A stretch of DNA of 61,391 bases, filler included. It is 10 parts of 10 records of this genome, joined end to end, with 100 filler letters (N's around TTAATTAATTAA, not from the genome) between each part and the next. Parts side by side here need not be neighbours in the genome. Positions count along the whole stretch, not along the records: positions 1 to 15,165 come from SRR7504441_8019; 9 more parts are not named here. One strand, written 5' to 3'. Position numbers and translations under genes: made by a program. The notes below the pieces were generated by a model that made no database searches, was not told the origin of the DNA, and saw nothing but the letters and a program-made list of their open reading frames with translations. Positions within the stretch are counted from its first letter, which is position 1; every line of letters starts with the position of its first letter. Shown piece by piece: positions 1 through 12,194 of the stretch.

Positions 1-717
1 CACTTTGTACATCACCTCAACCCAGCCCTCTCGCAGCCGCTCAGCGAGTGCTTTGCCTAGCCTAAGGGCACCTGGGATGAAGTCCACCAGCCCGAACACC
101 ACAATCATAAAGTCTAACCGGTTCCAGCCGCTATCCAGGTACGCCCCGGGGCCCCAGAAGGCCATCGCAACCACTTTAATCACGCACCTGCCGCACCTCG
201 GCCCTAGCCTGAGCAGCCACGCACTCGACTGTAAACGCGGCGGTGAATCCGAGGTCAACGTAGGCCAGGATTTGGCACTTTTCAGTCTCGCATTCCTGCC
301 GCCGGCTCACCAACCGGCGTCTGGGCCGGGCACCCTGTCAGACGGATCGTACATGGCCAGCGTGATGCAGTTGGCGAAAATCACGATTATAAAGAAAGTA
401 TCGAACCCCGGCCACTCGATCGCCCCAATCGCCGCCTGCCGGAGCCGCCCGTGGAAGTCCAGGCAGCCGCACGACCAGCGCGGGTACCGCAGCCCTTGAT
501 TCAGTGCAACCGGGTCCCTCGCCGGCGAATCGGGCAGCCCGCGGCAGGCTTGAGCCTGCTCGGCCGCCCGGACGCCCCACTCCGGCTGGACCACCGCAGC
601 CCCCACCACCGGCTTCACCTCGTCCTTGAGGAACCCAGTCCGGCGGTTGGGGCTCGCCATCCCCCCGCAGCGCCTCCGGAGTGCCAATCTGGGCGTCCTC
701 CAAACTGGGTCTGACAT
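1..717 (-). CDS. Voltage-gated calcium (four-domain cation) channel alpha subunit, 5' part (domain I S1-S3); runs off the window
   Basis: Removing introns 296-333 and 188-224 gives IEWPGFDTFFIIVIFANCITLAMYDP..ECETEKCQILAYVDLGFTAAFTVECVIKVVAMAFWGPGAYLDSGWNRLDFMIVVFG, the typical Cav/Nav S1-S3 sequence (WN.LDF). Confidence 0.85.
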
Positions 718-1425
718 AACGGACGATCGCGATGTTCAGGCTCGGGGCGCCGGTGGCGGCACTCGGGATCGCCGGTAGCGCCATGGCAGGGTGGAGGACC
801 GGGGCTGAGGGGCCGGTGCAGCCGGGCTGGTGTGGAGTGCCCAGGCCAGCTCAGCCAAGACCAAGCAGCATCTCCAGGAGAGCGAGACGGCAGCCGGCCG
901 GGCCGCAGCGGCCGACCGGCGGGCAGGTCCGCGAATACGTGGAGCTGCACCGGACGCTGGCCGCGGCCGGGGTGCCGCCGCTGGAGATCGACCGGGCAAT
1001 CGCGGTGCTTGGGGTGGAGAGGCCGGACGAGCGGGCCCTGGCCCGGGCGGCGGTGGAGAAGCTGTGAGCGGTGGGGGCACTCGGCGGGGGGAGGCAAGGT
1101 GGACAGGGCGGCCAGTGGCTTGGGCTGTGCTGCTGGGTTTAGGCCATAGCTACAGTCCGTGCACGCAATCGTATTCAGCTTTGCATAATATACAATTATT
1201 GCGCTATACTCGTAGTGTAGTCTCGTATCACACTCGTGTACAAAATACATCGGATCGGTTCGTCGGGCGAGGAGTCTCGAGCTGCGCCCTGGCTGCTGGG
1301 CGGTCTGGCCGACGCTAGCTCGTTGTTTGAATTACTATTAAGGCACTAGTCATTTACTATCATTTGTGCGCTAAGACACGCCCTAGAGCGGCGCAGCCTG
1401 CCCTCTGCCCCGCACCGGCCAGTCT

Positions 1426-1845
1426 TCAGAGCTCCTGCCTAGCCAGTCAGCCCAGCCACGGCCCCCGCCGCACCGGCCTGGCCCGGAGCGCCTGCAGCCG
1501 CTTCCTGTTCCTGCAGCAAAAACGCTCACCCAGCCCACCGTGTGCCCGACCGTGCGGTGATGATTCGCAGCACCCGGGCCCGATCCACCGCGTCCATCGC
1601 GCCCCAGTCGGCCACCCGCGAGGTGCTCCCATCCTGCCCGGGCTCGGCCGGCCCCCGGCTTGCGGCGCCTTGTGCACCACCAGCGGCCCCAGCTTCTCGA
1701 GCAGTACCGCCGATGACTGGGCCAGCGGGGCGGTCCCGTCCCCCGGTGGCAGCCCGCGGGATGCGCTCGCCGGGTCGGGAAGCTCGCCCACCGGCTGCCC
1801 GGCCGCCACCAGCGCCCCGAGCAGCAGCAGGCCACGGTGTCGCAT
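1426..1845 (-). CDS. Small conserved protein (LGP.VV..DG..SR...W..M family known from fungi/protists) with signal peptide
   Basis: Introns 1634-1668 (GC-AG), 1511-1550 and 1435-1473 give [16 protein letters not shown]...[53 protein letters not shown]. Confidence 0.65.
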
Positions 1846-1918
1846 TCAAAGTCCGTTAGCAGTCTCTGTCACGGGAGTTAAGGGGGGTGCCGACCGACAC
1901 AAGGCAACACTGCTCCGC

Positions 1919-3911
1919 ATGACAGCGGCGGAGAAGGCGCCGGCGACGGGCGCGGAGGGGCTGATGCGGCAGTGCGTGGCGGGCGGGGTGCGGGTGTGCT
2001 TTGCCAACCCCGGGACCACCGAGATGCACCTAGTGGACGCCCTGTCGGACACGGAGATCCGGACCGTGCTAGGACTGCACGAGAACGTGGTCACCGGGGC
2101 CGCCGACGGGTACGGCCGGATGACCGGCGCGCCGGCGATGGCGTTGCTCCACCTGGGCCCGGGGCTGGCTAACGGGGCGGCCAACCTGCACAACGCCCGC
2201 CGGGCCTGCTCTCCGGTGCTCAACCTGGTGGGTGACATGGCCAGCTGGCACGCCGATGCCGACGCCCCACTCTCGGTGCGGCCTGTGCCGGCGGGCGGCT
2301 GAGGAGGTGGGGCAGATGGACATTGAAGCGCTGGCCGGGACCTTCTCCGGCTACGTGCAGGGCATGCGGTCCAAGGCGATCGCCAACCACGTCAAGGCCG
2401 CGCTGCGAGCGACTGAGCTGGACCCTGAGCGGCCGCTGCGGAATCGCGTGGCCACTCTGGTGGTGCCGCACGATCTCCAGTGGGAACCGTTGGCCGAGCA
2501 GCTAGAGCGGCCTGCCGAGCCCCCGCTGGCAGTCAGCTTTGAAGCTCAGCTGAGGCTGGAGCGGGCTCAGCAGGCGGGGGACGGCATGCTGGGCTACCTC
2601 GACACCATCAAGGCGGCCATCCAAGCAGCCGGTCCCAACGGGCTCATCTTCCTCGGCACCGGCGCCCTGCTGGCCGAGCCCCAGCTGGCCGCAGCGAGAC
2701 TAGCAGCTGCCACCGGCGCCACGCTCGGTTGCATGAACAACTTCAGCCGGGTCGAGAGGGGGAGCGGGCTGCCAAACCTGGTTAGAGCGCCGTATTTCCC
2801 ACAGGAGGCGCTCCAGTTCTTTGAGAAGTTTCAAACGGTGGCTCACTGTGCCCTGCCGGGGTTAGCGGTGTGCCAGGTGCTCTGTGTGGGCGCGCCGTCG
2901 CCTGTGGCCATGTTTGGCTACGATAACGGACCCACCCGGCTGGTCCAAACTGACAAGCAGGTCGGCAGCTCGATCGCCTCAGGCTGACGGGTGCCGGCAG
3001 GGGATATACTGTATCGACTTCAGTGCCGACTTTGCGGGCGTGCTCTCGAAGCTTGCCGACGGCCTCGGAGCGCCCGCGTCGGCCCCAATTCCAACTGCAT
3101 CGCCCAAGGTGCGCCGCCCACACTAGCTCGCCCCTCACCCCGGCGCAGCCGGCGCCGCCAACCGGCAGGCTCAACGCGAAGAAGCTCTGCCAAGCTGTGG
3201 CTGCTCTTCAGCCGGAGAACGCCATAGTCGTGGACGAGTCCCTGACTTCGGGCGGCGCGTACTGGGAGCTGACGCACGACGCGCCCCGATTCTCACACCT
3301 TGCACTCACCGGAGGTCAGCCCGGCGCAGTGCGGGGCGAGCTGTGTGTCAGGGGCTATCGGACAAGGGATTCCCTGCGCCGTCGGGGCGGCCGTGGCGTG
3401 CCCCGACAGAAAGGTGGCCGCTGCGTGCTCGAAAGGTTGAATAACCGACAGGTGATCAACCTGCAAGCAGACGGCAGTGGGATGTACACACTGCAGGCGT
3501 GATTCGGCTGTTATGTTTGGCTGAGTGGTCGAGCCAGGGGCTTTGGACCCAGGCGAGGGAGCAGCTTGACGTGACCACTGTGATCTGCAACAACTCCAAA
3601 TACGCCATCTTGCACGTCGAGATGAATCGACAGCAGCCGCCACACGGTGGCCGGTGCTTTGCTCTCTAGCCGCCGTCGGCTCTGAGCTCGGGCCGCAGCA
3701 AGCCGTCGAGCCAGTCGTTGCTGTCGCTTGATAAACCGGCGATCGACTGGGTTCTGCTGGCATCGGGTGTGCTGCTGCCTAGGCCATGCGTGAGTGAGCC
3801 GCAGGGATGGGGGTTCCGGCTAAGCAGGCGAGCACTGTCGAAGAGTTGTGCGAGCTGCTCGAGCAATCATTTGCCACGCCCGGGCCGTTTTTGATAGAGG
3901 CGTGCATCTAG
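1919..3911 (+). CDS. ThDP-dependent acetolactate synthase large subunit-like / decarboxylase
   Basis: [42 protein letters not shown] and the ThDP motif [11 protein letters not shown]...CNN. Eight introns of 37-45 nt (e.g. 2276-2315, 2838-2876, 2961-3000, 3109-3148, 3315-3351, 3414-3451, 3497-3537) restore one frame ending GPFLIEACI*. Confidence 0.9.
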
Positions 3912-4100
3912 GAAACTTTTTGTACATATGTAACTATTTAAATCAACTAAATAACTTGATGATCAATAGGTAAGTTCTTGTAAAATTCCTCAAGTGTGTC
4001 AATCGACCCAATGGAGCCGCAAATGGCTCCATTGGCTCGATTTGGCTGTGTGTACGTACGTATACTCATTTGCTAATGTAGGCTTGCTGGCCGAGGGGCT

Positions 4101-4870
4101 TCAAATCAAGGCTTCGTGGCTATTTGGCCAGTACTGGAAGCACCCAATCAGCACAGCAGCCACCAGCCAGACTGCCCAGAGCGTCATGACAGCAGAGTGC
4201 AGCTGCCGCTTCCTGCAGCCAGGCTGGCCGCTGCGCCCGAGCCTATGCCACCTCTGTAGCGTCGATCTCTGTGTGGTCTCGGCGGCGGCCTCCGAAGCAT
4301 CCAGATGTTCATTCATCCTCGCTATCCGATCCTCATAGCCATCCAGCTCTTGGTTCATCGTTGCCATCCAGCTCTGCCACACATCAGCCCGCCAGCTCTA
4401 CAAGAGCGCACCGCCGCGCTCGCCACGGGCTTGACCATGTCCAGCCCTCGCCGCTTCATCATGCCCTTGACCTGACTCCCCTATCAGCCCGGCCCCAGAC
4501 CCACCCACCGAGGACAGCAGCTCGTCCACCTCCTGCCGCTGCGCCTCCAGCCCTGCCGTGTGCTCGCTCTCCGCCGCCCGCTCCGCCTCCAGGGCCGTCA
4601 GCTGCTCCTCCGTCTCCTGCACCCACCGGTCGGCCCCGCCCGGCCCTCTGGCAGTGCCTGGCCGACTTGCTTAGCCCAATCTCCCGCCTGGCGCACTCCC
4701 TCGAACTTCACCCGGGACAGCGCCCCAGTCTGGCCGTCTCGCTTCATCCCGCCTCGGAGCGCTCCGCCCTGCGGCGTCCAGACGCCCCGCTCTCTCGCCC
4801 GCGCCCCGCGGAGCCGGTCGGGCTTGCTGGGAGGGGCCGCCGCCTGCTGGGGCGAGGCTCCCAGGTTGGC
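4101..4870 (-). CDS. Hypothetical coiled-coil protein with C-terminal transmembrane helix (5' end uncertain)
   Basis: Consecutive minus-strand segments QETEEQLTALEAERAAE..., MNQELDGYEDRIARMNEHL... and hydrophobic LWAVWLVAAVLIGCF near the stop, separated by about 40-nt intron-like gaps. Confidence 0.4.
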
Positions 4871-5070
4871 CTGTAGCGGCTGCAGCGGCCGTCGCGCTGC
4901 GGCCCGTTTGGTCCCGCCGGACGGCACTTGCAGCGCGGGGGAGGAGCCCACGGCGTATGCTATGTTTGCGAAATTCGCCATGGCGTATGCGACCTGGGAC
5001 CGAGGACCACGCACGCCTCAACCCGACAACGCCTCGATTTTCGTATCAAACCAAATTTTCCCACATCTCG

Positions 5071-7569
5071 ATGGCTGCTCGGCGCCTGACGCAGTCTGGC
5101 GCCGGCTCCCGTCTCAAGCAGCCCACCAAGGCGCGCCCCCTGCGCCAGCCCGGCCGCCACGAGCCGGCCCGGCAGTTGTCCCGCGGACGCGAGTCTGTCC
5201 GCCCCACAGGGCCCTTCCTCTCGCCCGAAGCGGCCCTGCAGGCGCCCAGCGCATGGCACCAGCGCTCGGCTCACTCTCGCGGCCGCAGGAGGCTGTACGT
5301 GCTTTCGACGGGGAGGTGGACTGGCGGGATCTGTGCACCGGGGTCCAGTCGGTTCAACGACTGCTCGCGCACCACCCAGCCGCGCTCGAGCCGGCACTGT
5401 GACACTGGCCAGCGGCCCTCGGCGGCTGAGATGGCCGGCCAGGCCGCAGATCGTGCCCGGGCTGGCCTGCGCGGCGGGTGCGAAGCGGAGCCAAGTGGCC
5501 AGGGAGGCTGGGCCGGTGCTCTCCTCCCGCCCTGATCGTCGGCTGACCCCTCGGGCAGTGCTTGCTGGCCGTGCTCTCTCGGCCGGAGGCCGCGGCTGCC
5601 GGCACCACCCCTCTGTTTGTGCAGCACGCGGTGGGCGCGCTGGTCAACGCCGCGGTGGGCGCCGGGCCAGTCAGGGATGGGAGCCACGGTGGCAGGCGAC
5701 ACTGACGCTCGAGAAACTAGCTGGGCTGCACCCTGCGGCGGTGCTGAAGGCAGACCTCGGCGGCGGCCGCCGGCTGATGGGAGGGCAGGAACTGTGCCGG
5801 CCGAGTGCGTTCGAACTCAAGCTGGAACGGGTGGCCTGCTGCCTGCTGAACGCTCTGCTCGGGCTGTTGCGGTGCTGCCGCTAGGGCCGACTGTCGGCTG
5901 AGCGGTCTGTGGCCCAGCACGCAGCAGGTCGGGAGGCACTGCAAGGGGATAGCCGGCGCCGTCAAGCAGGCGCTCGGATCGCGCTCGGCGGTGGCATGCC
6001 CCGCGGGCTGCCAATGAGTCGGGCCGCAGGAGGTGAGGGCGCTCGCCAGACAGCTGTGGGCGCAAGTCGAGGAGCAGTGCGAGCCTGAAACGCTATTGGG
6101 CTTGCTCCCTGCTGGCCTGTTGGATACCCCCGGCAAGGCTTCCAAGCAGGATGACCAACCGGACAGCGGGAGGAAGGCTCGGACTCCCCGGAGCGAGCGG
6201 CGGCCTCGTCGAGTCTCTGAGCTGTGCAAGCCGCGAGGGTGCGTGACGCCTCGTGGCGATGGCAAAAAGACCACCCCACGCGGCGGGCGGCTGAGCCAGG
6301 CTGGCACTAGCCCGCGATGCGGGGGAAGCGCGCGGCAAAGCCAACGGCTGGTCGTGTCGCAGCGGGTGGCTCGACAGGATGAGACGCAGATCGAGCTTGA
6401 GAGCGCGTATGCTGCCTTCAAGCAGGCAAGCACCGTCGAAGCCTGCCTCGAGAGCAAGGCAAGAGTGCTCGCGGCCCGGGCGGCTTTAGTCAAGATGCAG
6501 ACCGGCTCACCGAGCATCGGCGGTGCTCAGACACCACTAAGGGCTGCCCGACTCACCGTGGCAGCAGGCGAGAGGGCGAATGCCAGTGCGACTCGAGTCT
6601 CCAGGCCTTCGGGGCTCAAAGCGTTGCTCACGCCAACCCTCTCCTCTCGAGCCAAGAAGCGGGAACTGCAGCCTCGCGGTGCGCCGGCCGTCGAATGCCC
6701 TGGCCCACTCCTGGGCTCAGCTATAGGATTCCCTGAGCAGTCTCCGTCAGTGGATAAGCCTCACGAGAAGCAGCAGACTCCTTCGCCTCTCCCGCGGAAT
6801 ACCGAGAGGACGCCAATCGATGAGTCAGCGGCTACAGAAGAGTTCAGGTGAGCATGTTCACCGGGAAGGCCTGCTGAATAGGTTGGGCAGCTGGCCAGGC
6901 GTGGCGCGGATTTCTCGGCTCGGGCTGTCCTCGAAGGCGAGTGCTGTGCAGCAGCCCGGACTGACCGGTTGAGCAGCTAGCCGAGATGGACTTAATGGCG
7001 CAGCACAATCGGACCAGCTCGGTGGCGACCCAGTATCGGTTTGTGGCCGGGCTGGATAGCGTCTACCGCAAGATCGTCAAGGCCATGTCTCAAGACCTCG
7101 GGATGTCGATTCAGCTCCACGACGCGGCGCTGATCAAACCAGTGCCTCAGGTGTGCTCAGCCCTGGTGGCCGTCAAGCCGCATGCAGGCGACGACACCGG
7201 CTAGCGCAGTCGTCACTCCTGTCGATAATCTGGCCAGGTCAGCGGGTGCGGTGGCGACACCAGTCAATAACCCGGCTGTATCTCCCCTTTGGGCGACTCC
7301 TAAAGAGGCCACACCCAAGGACGAGCACGCGTGTAGAAACAATCCTTTCGGATTTGACGGTTGGGAGCAGTCTCCTATCAAGGCGGTGCAGCCGCTCCTG
7401 AAGGTAAGAATCGACCAGGCCGAGCTGTTCTGACGGAGTGCAATGACAGGTGGTGCCGCCGTCTCCAGGGCTAGTCAAAGGCCCAGCAACGCCAGGCGCA
7501 ATGCTTCGCACGCCGTCACGGCTGCGAGATCTGCGCCGGGTTTCGATTAGCTCGCCCAATGTTGCATGA
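5071..7569 (+). CDS. CLASP-N/TOG (HEAT-repeat) protein with long basic Ser/Pro-rich tail, likely microtubule-associated
   Basis: DWRDLCTGVQSVQRLLAHHPAAL ... IVPGLACAAGAKRSQVAREA ... EVRALARQLW resembles a TOG/CLASP_N fold; multi-exon; last exon ends ISSPNVA* at 7569. Confidence 0.55.
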
Positions 7570-7825
7570 GTGCGAGCGTGGTTGGGGTTTGGAGTCATGA
7601 TTCTATGCTTGACTCAGTCAATGAGTCACGAGCGTTCGTATGTGCACGCAAGTCTATCAAAGGCATGCATGGAACTTGTGTGAATATACATGTAGCTAGT
7701 GAATAGTTTGAATATATCATTTTACCGTAAGTTCATGTTAATTAATAGTTATTGTTGATTGTGAGAATTCTATACCTGTACCTAGTAGGATCCATCGGTC
7801 AGTATTAGCAAGTATCAGGCTAGTA

Positions 7826-9396
7826 TCAAGCCGATGTCCTGTTACACTCGGCGAGCAACGCGTCGACCGCCGTGTCCGCCTCAATTGTGGGACACACCTG
7901 CAGGTCCAGCTGGACACCGCCGCTTTCCACAGGCGACAGCACTTCCCTCAGCTCCCCAAAGTATTCGTGCGCCAGGCACTCGGCGGCAGTTGGCCGCCTG
8001 GATGGGTCAAACTCGAGCATCTGTCGCAGCAGGTCCACGGCGCAGGCTGGGGCCGACTCAGGGACACATTCGGCCAGAGGGATGCGTGGGGCGCCGGCCG
8101 TGGCCAAATAGGCCTTGAGTTTAGGCTCAGTGACCCAGTCGTCATGCCCTGGCTGCGGAGCCCCGAGCACCGTGAGAATCAGCTGGAGCTGCTCAGTCGA
8201 CGTCTCACCAGGGAACAGAGGCTTCCGCCGGAGCAGCTCGGCCAAGATGCACCCAACTGACCAAATATCGATGGCGGGGGTGAACAGTTCTCGGTGGCTG
8301 AAGTCGTCCTGCGCGAGAAGCAGCTCCGGCGCCCGGTACCACCGAGACACGACATAGTTAGACATGGCGGCTGACGGATCCGTCCCACCCACAGCCAGCC
8401 CAAAGTCTGCAATCTTGAGGCTGCAGTCCTGCTCGAGCAACAGATTGTCCGGCTTGATGTCACGACTGGCACAGTAATCAGGCGGGCGAGGGAAGCTTGA
8501 CTCACTGCAGTATGCCACATCGGTGGCAGTGGGCTAACCCACGTAGGCACTGGTAGATAAGATACTGCACGTGCTCGTCCGAGAGCGGATGGTTGGCTCT
8601 CACCACCTGTCGATGGTCAGCTGGACCCGGGTCGGAGGTTGACCTTGCCCAAGTCGGTGAATGAACGCTCAAAGACAAGGTAAATTTCATCGGAGCGAGT
8701 CTCGCTGTCTCTCGAGGGCGGCACAAGAACCTCCGTCAGCGACACGATGTTGGGATGCCCCTGCAGCAACAGCTCAGCTGGTGCTGCTATTAGGTTTGAT
8801 CGCCTGCAGGTGCCGCAGACACTTGATTTCGCGTAGCATTCGAATCGCCAGGAGGCAGTCCATCTGCTGTAAGCCTGGCACCTGCCGCTGTGTGAGGGCC
8901 AGTCGAGACTGGACTGGTCGCCTTCTTGATTGCAACAGCCTCCCCAGTGGCCTTGTGGGTGGCAGCACAGACCACGCCGTACGAACCCTGACCCAGCACA
9001 GCTGCCCCATACTCACTCAGCACAGTGGTTAGTCGAGAGGCCAGTCACATTCGAGCTGATAGTCGTTGGGCAGCTCGAAAGCAATAACGCCTTCGCCTCG
9101 TACTGTCGACAGCTGCTGCCACACCCTCGAAGCTGAGCCGGGTTGGACCTTATTGCACAGTGAGCTCAGGCGCGCAGCCACACACGCACCCGGGGCAGGC
9201 GAAGCCTCCCCTCGCCCAGCTTGCATTCGATCTGTGTGCTCTGCTCTTCTGTTGTCCGAACCAGCGCTGACTGCTCCTGGCAGCGGGACACAGTCCCGTC
9301 GACCCAGCCACTGGAGGTGAGAACTTGCACATTGGCGCCTACTGGCACCCCAGAGGGCATCCCGAGGTCCTCGTCGTTGGTAAAGGTGCCTGCCAT
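7826..9396 (-). CDS. MAP kinase (CMGC) with N-terminal extension
   Basis: Spliced: FELPNDYQLESVLGQGSYGVVCAA..VAIKK, LREIKCLRHLQGHPNIVSL, EHVQYLIYQCLRGL, HRDIKPDNLL, DFGLA, RWYRAPE, DIWSVGCI. Introns include GC-AG 8882-8921 and 8761-8803. Confidence 0.9.
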
Positions 9397-9562
9397 GCTT
9401 CAAAAGGCTGCGCTCAGGACGGATCGACCTGTCTGCCTGAGCCGATGCAATCCGGCCGACTGCGATACGTCGATCCACTCACAGGCTCGGAGCCCGTCTG
9501 CCCACGGCTCAGCCCGTCCCTCGCTGGCTTGGCACCCAGCACCACCGCGGGGGCGCTATATT

Positions 9563-10384
9563 TTACCAGAACTCTATGCGAATTGTTGCAGACAGCGTGC
9601 TGTGCCCCGCTGTTAACAAGCCACTCCCTGAGGCCTGCGCACCACCACGGCCCGCCGCCAGCACAAGTCGCTCGCCAGGCAGTCCACCCGGGCCTCCACT
9701 GGCCACCCGCCGGCCGGGGCGCTTCCAAACAAGTCCTCCAGACTCTCGAGCCTCACAAAGCTCCGCGATTCCGCCTTGGCCCTCAGCAACTGCAGCTGTC
9801 GGCGCAGCCCGAGCTGCCAACAGCGCCTCGGCCCCGGCCCAGCCACACCGGCGCACCTTCAGCAGCCGGCGGGTATCGGCGTCGATCGGGAGTGCTTCTG
9901 CAGGGCTGGCCGGCGAGGTGTGCGGACCGCGCCATGCTCGGAGAGAGCTGGCCACCATCCGGTCGCTGTACGGCACCACCTCGGTGGCCTCTGTGAGTGC
10001 GGCCGGGGCAGCCATCATCTGCTGCTGCCCGGCTTGCAGCTGGCCCTCGAACAGCTGCCTTGCCAGCGCCTTCCCGTGGATATCCTGGGCCGCCTGTTGG
10101 TATCTCTCCCGGGCTGACCGCTTCTGCCGGTCCAACCAGGCGTCCTGTGGCGACTGCCCGGCCCCGTGAGCCTCCCGCACGTGCGCCGGGCTCGCCTGGG
10201 CCGGCCGGGCCAGCGGGTTCGCTTTGCTCTGCTCGAACTGCTCTCGGGCTGCCCCACCGGTCAGCCCAGCGGCGGCCGGCCCACCTGTCCGCTTCTGGCG
10301 GTCGAGCCAGGCCTGGCTGTGCGCGTCGCGCTGGTCGATTGCCGGGTGCCGGATTGCGGTGTCGATGAAGGTCGGGCCGCTCAT
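9563..10384 (-). CDS. Hypothetical protein with internal duplication (AWLDRQKR x2); 3' end uncertain
   Basis: 273-aa ORF with repeated AWLDRQKR...AR(E/Q).(F/Y)(E/Q)Q units; starts head-to-head with the PX gene. Confidence 0.45.
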   Translation of the reverse strand: MSGPTFIDTAIRHPAIDQRDAHSQAWLDRQKRTGGPAAAGLTGGAAREQFEQSKANPLARPAQASPAHVREAHGAGQSPQDAWLDRQKRSARERYQQAAQDIHGKALARQLFEGQLQAGQQQMMAAPAALTEATEVVPYSDRMVASSLRAWRGPHTSPASPAEALPIDADTRRLLKVRRCGWAGAEALLAARAAPTAAVAEGQGGIAELCEARESGGLVWKRPGRRVASGGPGGLPGERLVLAAGRGGAQASGSGLLTAGHSTLSATIRIEFW

Positions 10385-10517
10385 TGTGGCGCCACGGCTT
10401 CAATATAACCGCAGGACAAGCCGAGAAAATCATATCGAAGCACTTTTTTATGGGTTTGTGGACTTTGTCGGTTGTGGCGCTCTCCCCCGGCTCTCGGCGC
10501 CAATGCACGCCCTCCCG

Positions 10518-11945
10518 ATGGCGGTGCCCTCCCGGCAGCGGTCGCCGCCGGGGCTGGAGACGATCGCCGAGTCGCCGCCGGACCTGCCCGACTTCTTTGG
10601 CAAACTTCGCGTCAAGGCGCCCGGTCGGGGGGAGGGCCGGCCGAGCGGCGGGGCAGGTTTCGCGGTGTGAAAAGTCCAAGGACGGGGGCGAGCACATCAA
10701 TTACGTGTTTGAGGTGACGCACGACCGTCAAAAGTGGCTGGTGGGCCTGCCCCCCCTCACCCCCCATGATCTGGCCGGCCAGGTGAAGAGGCGCTATTCG
10801 TCGTTCGAAAAGCTACACAGCGCAGTGACCCGCCGGTTTAGAAACCTAAAACAGGGCCTGCCGGAGCTGCCCAAGACCGCCTGGTGCGGCCGGGCCCGGG
10901 GGCGCTGAGCCGGGTGGAAGGTATCGGAAGACCGACGCCGATTATGTGAAAAAGAAGGGCTACAGGCTAGAGGGATACCTGCAGGGTGCCGGGCCCGCCG
11001 GATCCCCTCCGAGCGGGGGCAGGGCTGCTGACCATCCCGGAGGTGGCCAACTCCCCGGAGCTGTACAACTTCCTCTTCAAGGCACGCCGCTCCCCGCGGT
11101 TGACCGTTGACAGTCGTGGTAGGCGCGATTTGCAGTAGGCATGCGGGCCTCATTCAGCGGCTGCCCCGACCCAGGAAGCTTCGTCCAGCCCAACAGCTCG
11201 ATGGCCGGCTCGCCGCCCGAGGCCCCGCCGGCGGCCCCTAGAGTGCTGCCCGGCAGCTTTACCGCCACCTGGGAGTCGGACGGGGCTTCGCTGATGGCTG
11301 ACCTCCCTGACGGCTCTGCTGACCTGATCTGGCTCCGCGAGATTAGCGAGGCAATCAAGGCCAAGAAGGGCGAGCTCGCGCAGCTCGAGGTGCCGTTGGT
11401 TGCCGCTCCGCCTTGATCTGCCACGCAGGCCCAGCGGGAGGCGAGGCTACGGTCCTTGCTGGCAGCGCAGGCTGAGTCACTTGCCAGGCGCCGCCGCGGA
11501 TCTGGCTTGTGCTGACCGTCGGGGCAGCTCGGTGAGCGAGGTAGGGGTGGCTCAGTCGCTCGAATCTGTGGAGGAGGAGGGCCAGCCGGGCGATCACGAA
11601 TTGATATCGCTGCTTGCGCAGAAACAGTCGCTAGATTGCTCGTGCTATGGCCAGCGGAGTGCGGTGCAGCAGGCAATAGAACTCGGGGTTCTGCTAGTGA
11701 TGTTCCCCGAGGCGAGTCCGGGCCGCTGTTTGGGGCGGAGCGGGTGGGCAGGTGGGGACGGAGGTGGCGGTGCAGCTGCAGCAAGCCTCCGAGGGGACGC
11801 TGTGCGGCCAGACTCTGCTCAATGGACAGTCGATGCGGTTCGAGGGCTCGCTGCATCCACAGCTTACTACGGGGACTGGCTGCTTGCTTGCGGTCGAGGC
11901 ACGCTGACTTCCTTAGCATGGCCGTGGCAATTATCCAACGCTTGA
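10518..11945 (+). CDS. PX (phox homology) domain protein; 3' end approximate
   Basis: Spliced HINYVFEVTHDRQKWL|VKRRYSSFEKLHSAV...LPELPKTAW...KRRATGLEGYLQG|LLTIPEVANSPELYNFL shows the PX signature. GC-AG introns at 10617-10656 and 11082-11122. Confidence 0.75.
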
Positions 11946-12194
11946 TCTGGACAACAACAATGAATCCTTTTATTTCATGCTCGTACTCGTACCTACTCGT
12001 ACAAATCATGTTCTCAGTCTCATACGCGCGCGTATAGTGTACAATATATGGGGTCGGCTCCGGACGGGCATTTCTTAACTTACCTCCCAAATTTATGGTT
12101 CTATACGTATACGTGTGCTCTCCAACGACTGAACAATTACATTAATTTCATTTAAATTTCATGGACAATAGATCAATGATGTTGTTGCTTTCCT

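Noticed and set aside
2276-3820. Introner-type mobile introns
   Set aside because: The introns share length and splice signals but show no mutual sequence similarity or terminal repeats that I could see.
338-11945. Many overlapping Pro/Arg/Ala-rich ORFs on both strands (also 30500-46400)
   Set aside because: Shadow frames of high-GC coding sequence with no recognisable motifs; 732-1067 may be a small real gene but I could not support it.
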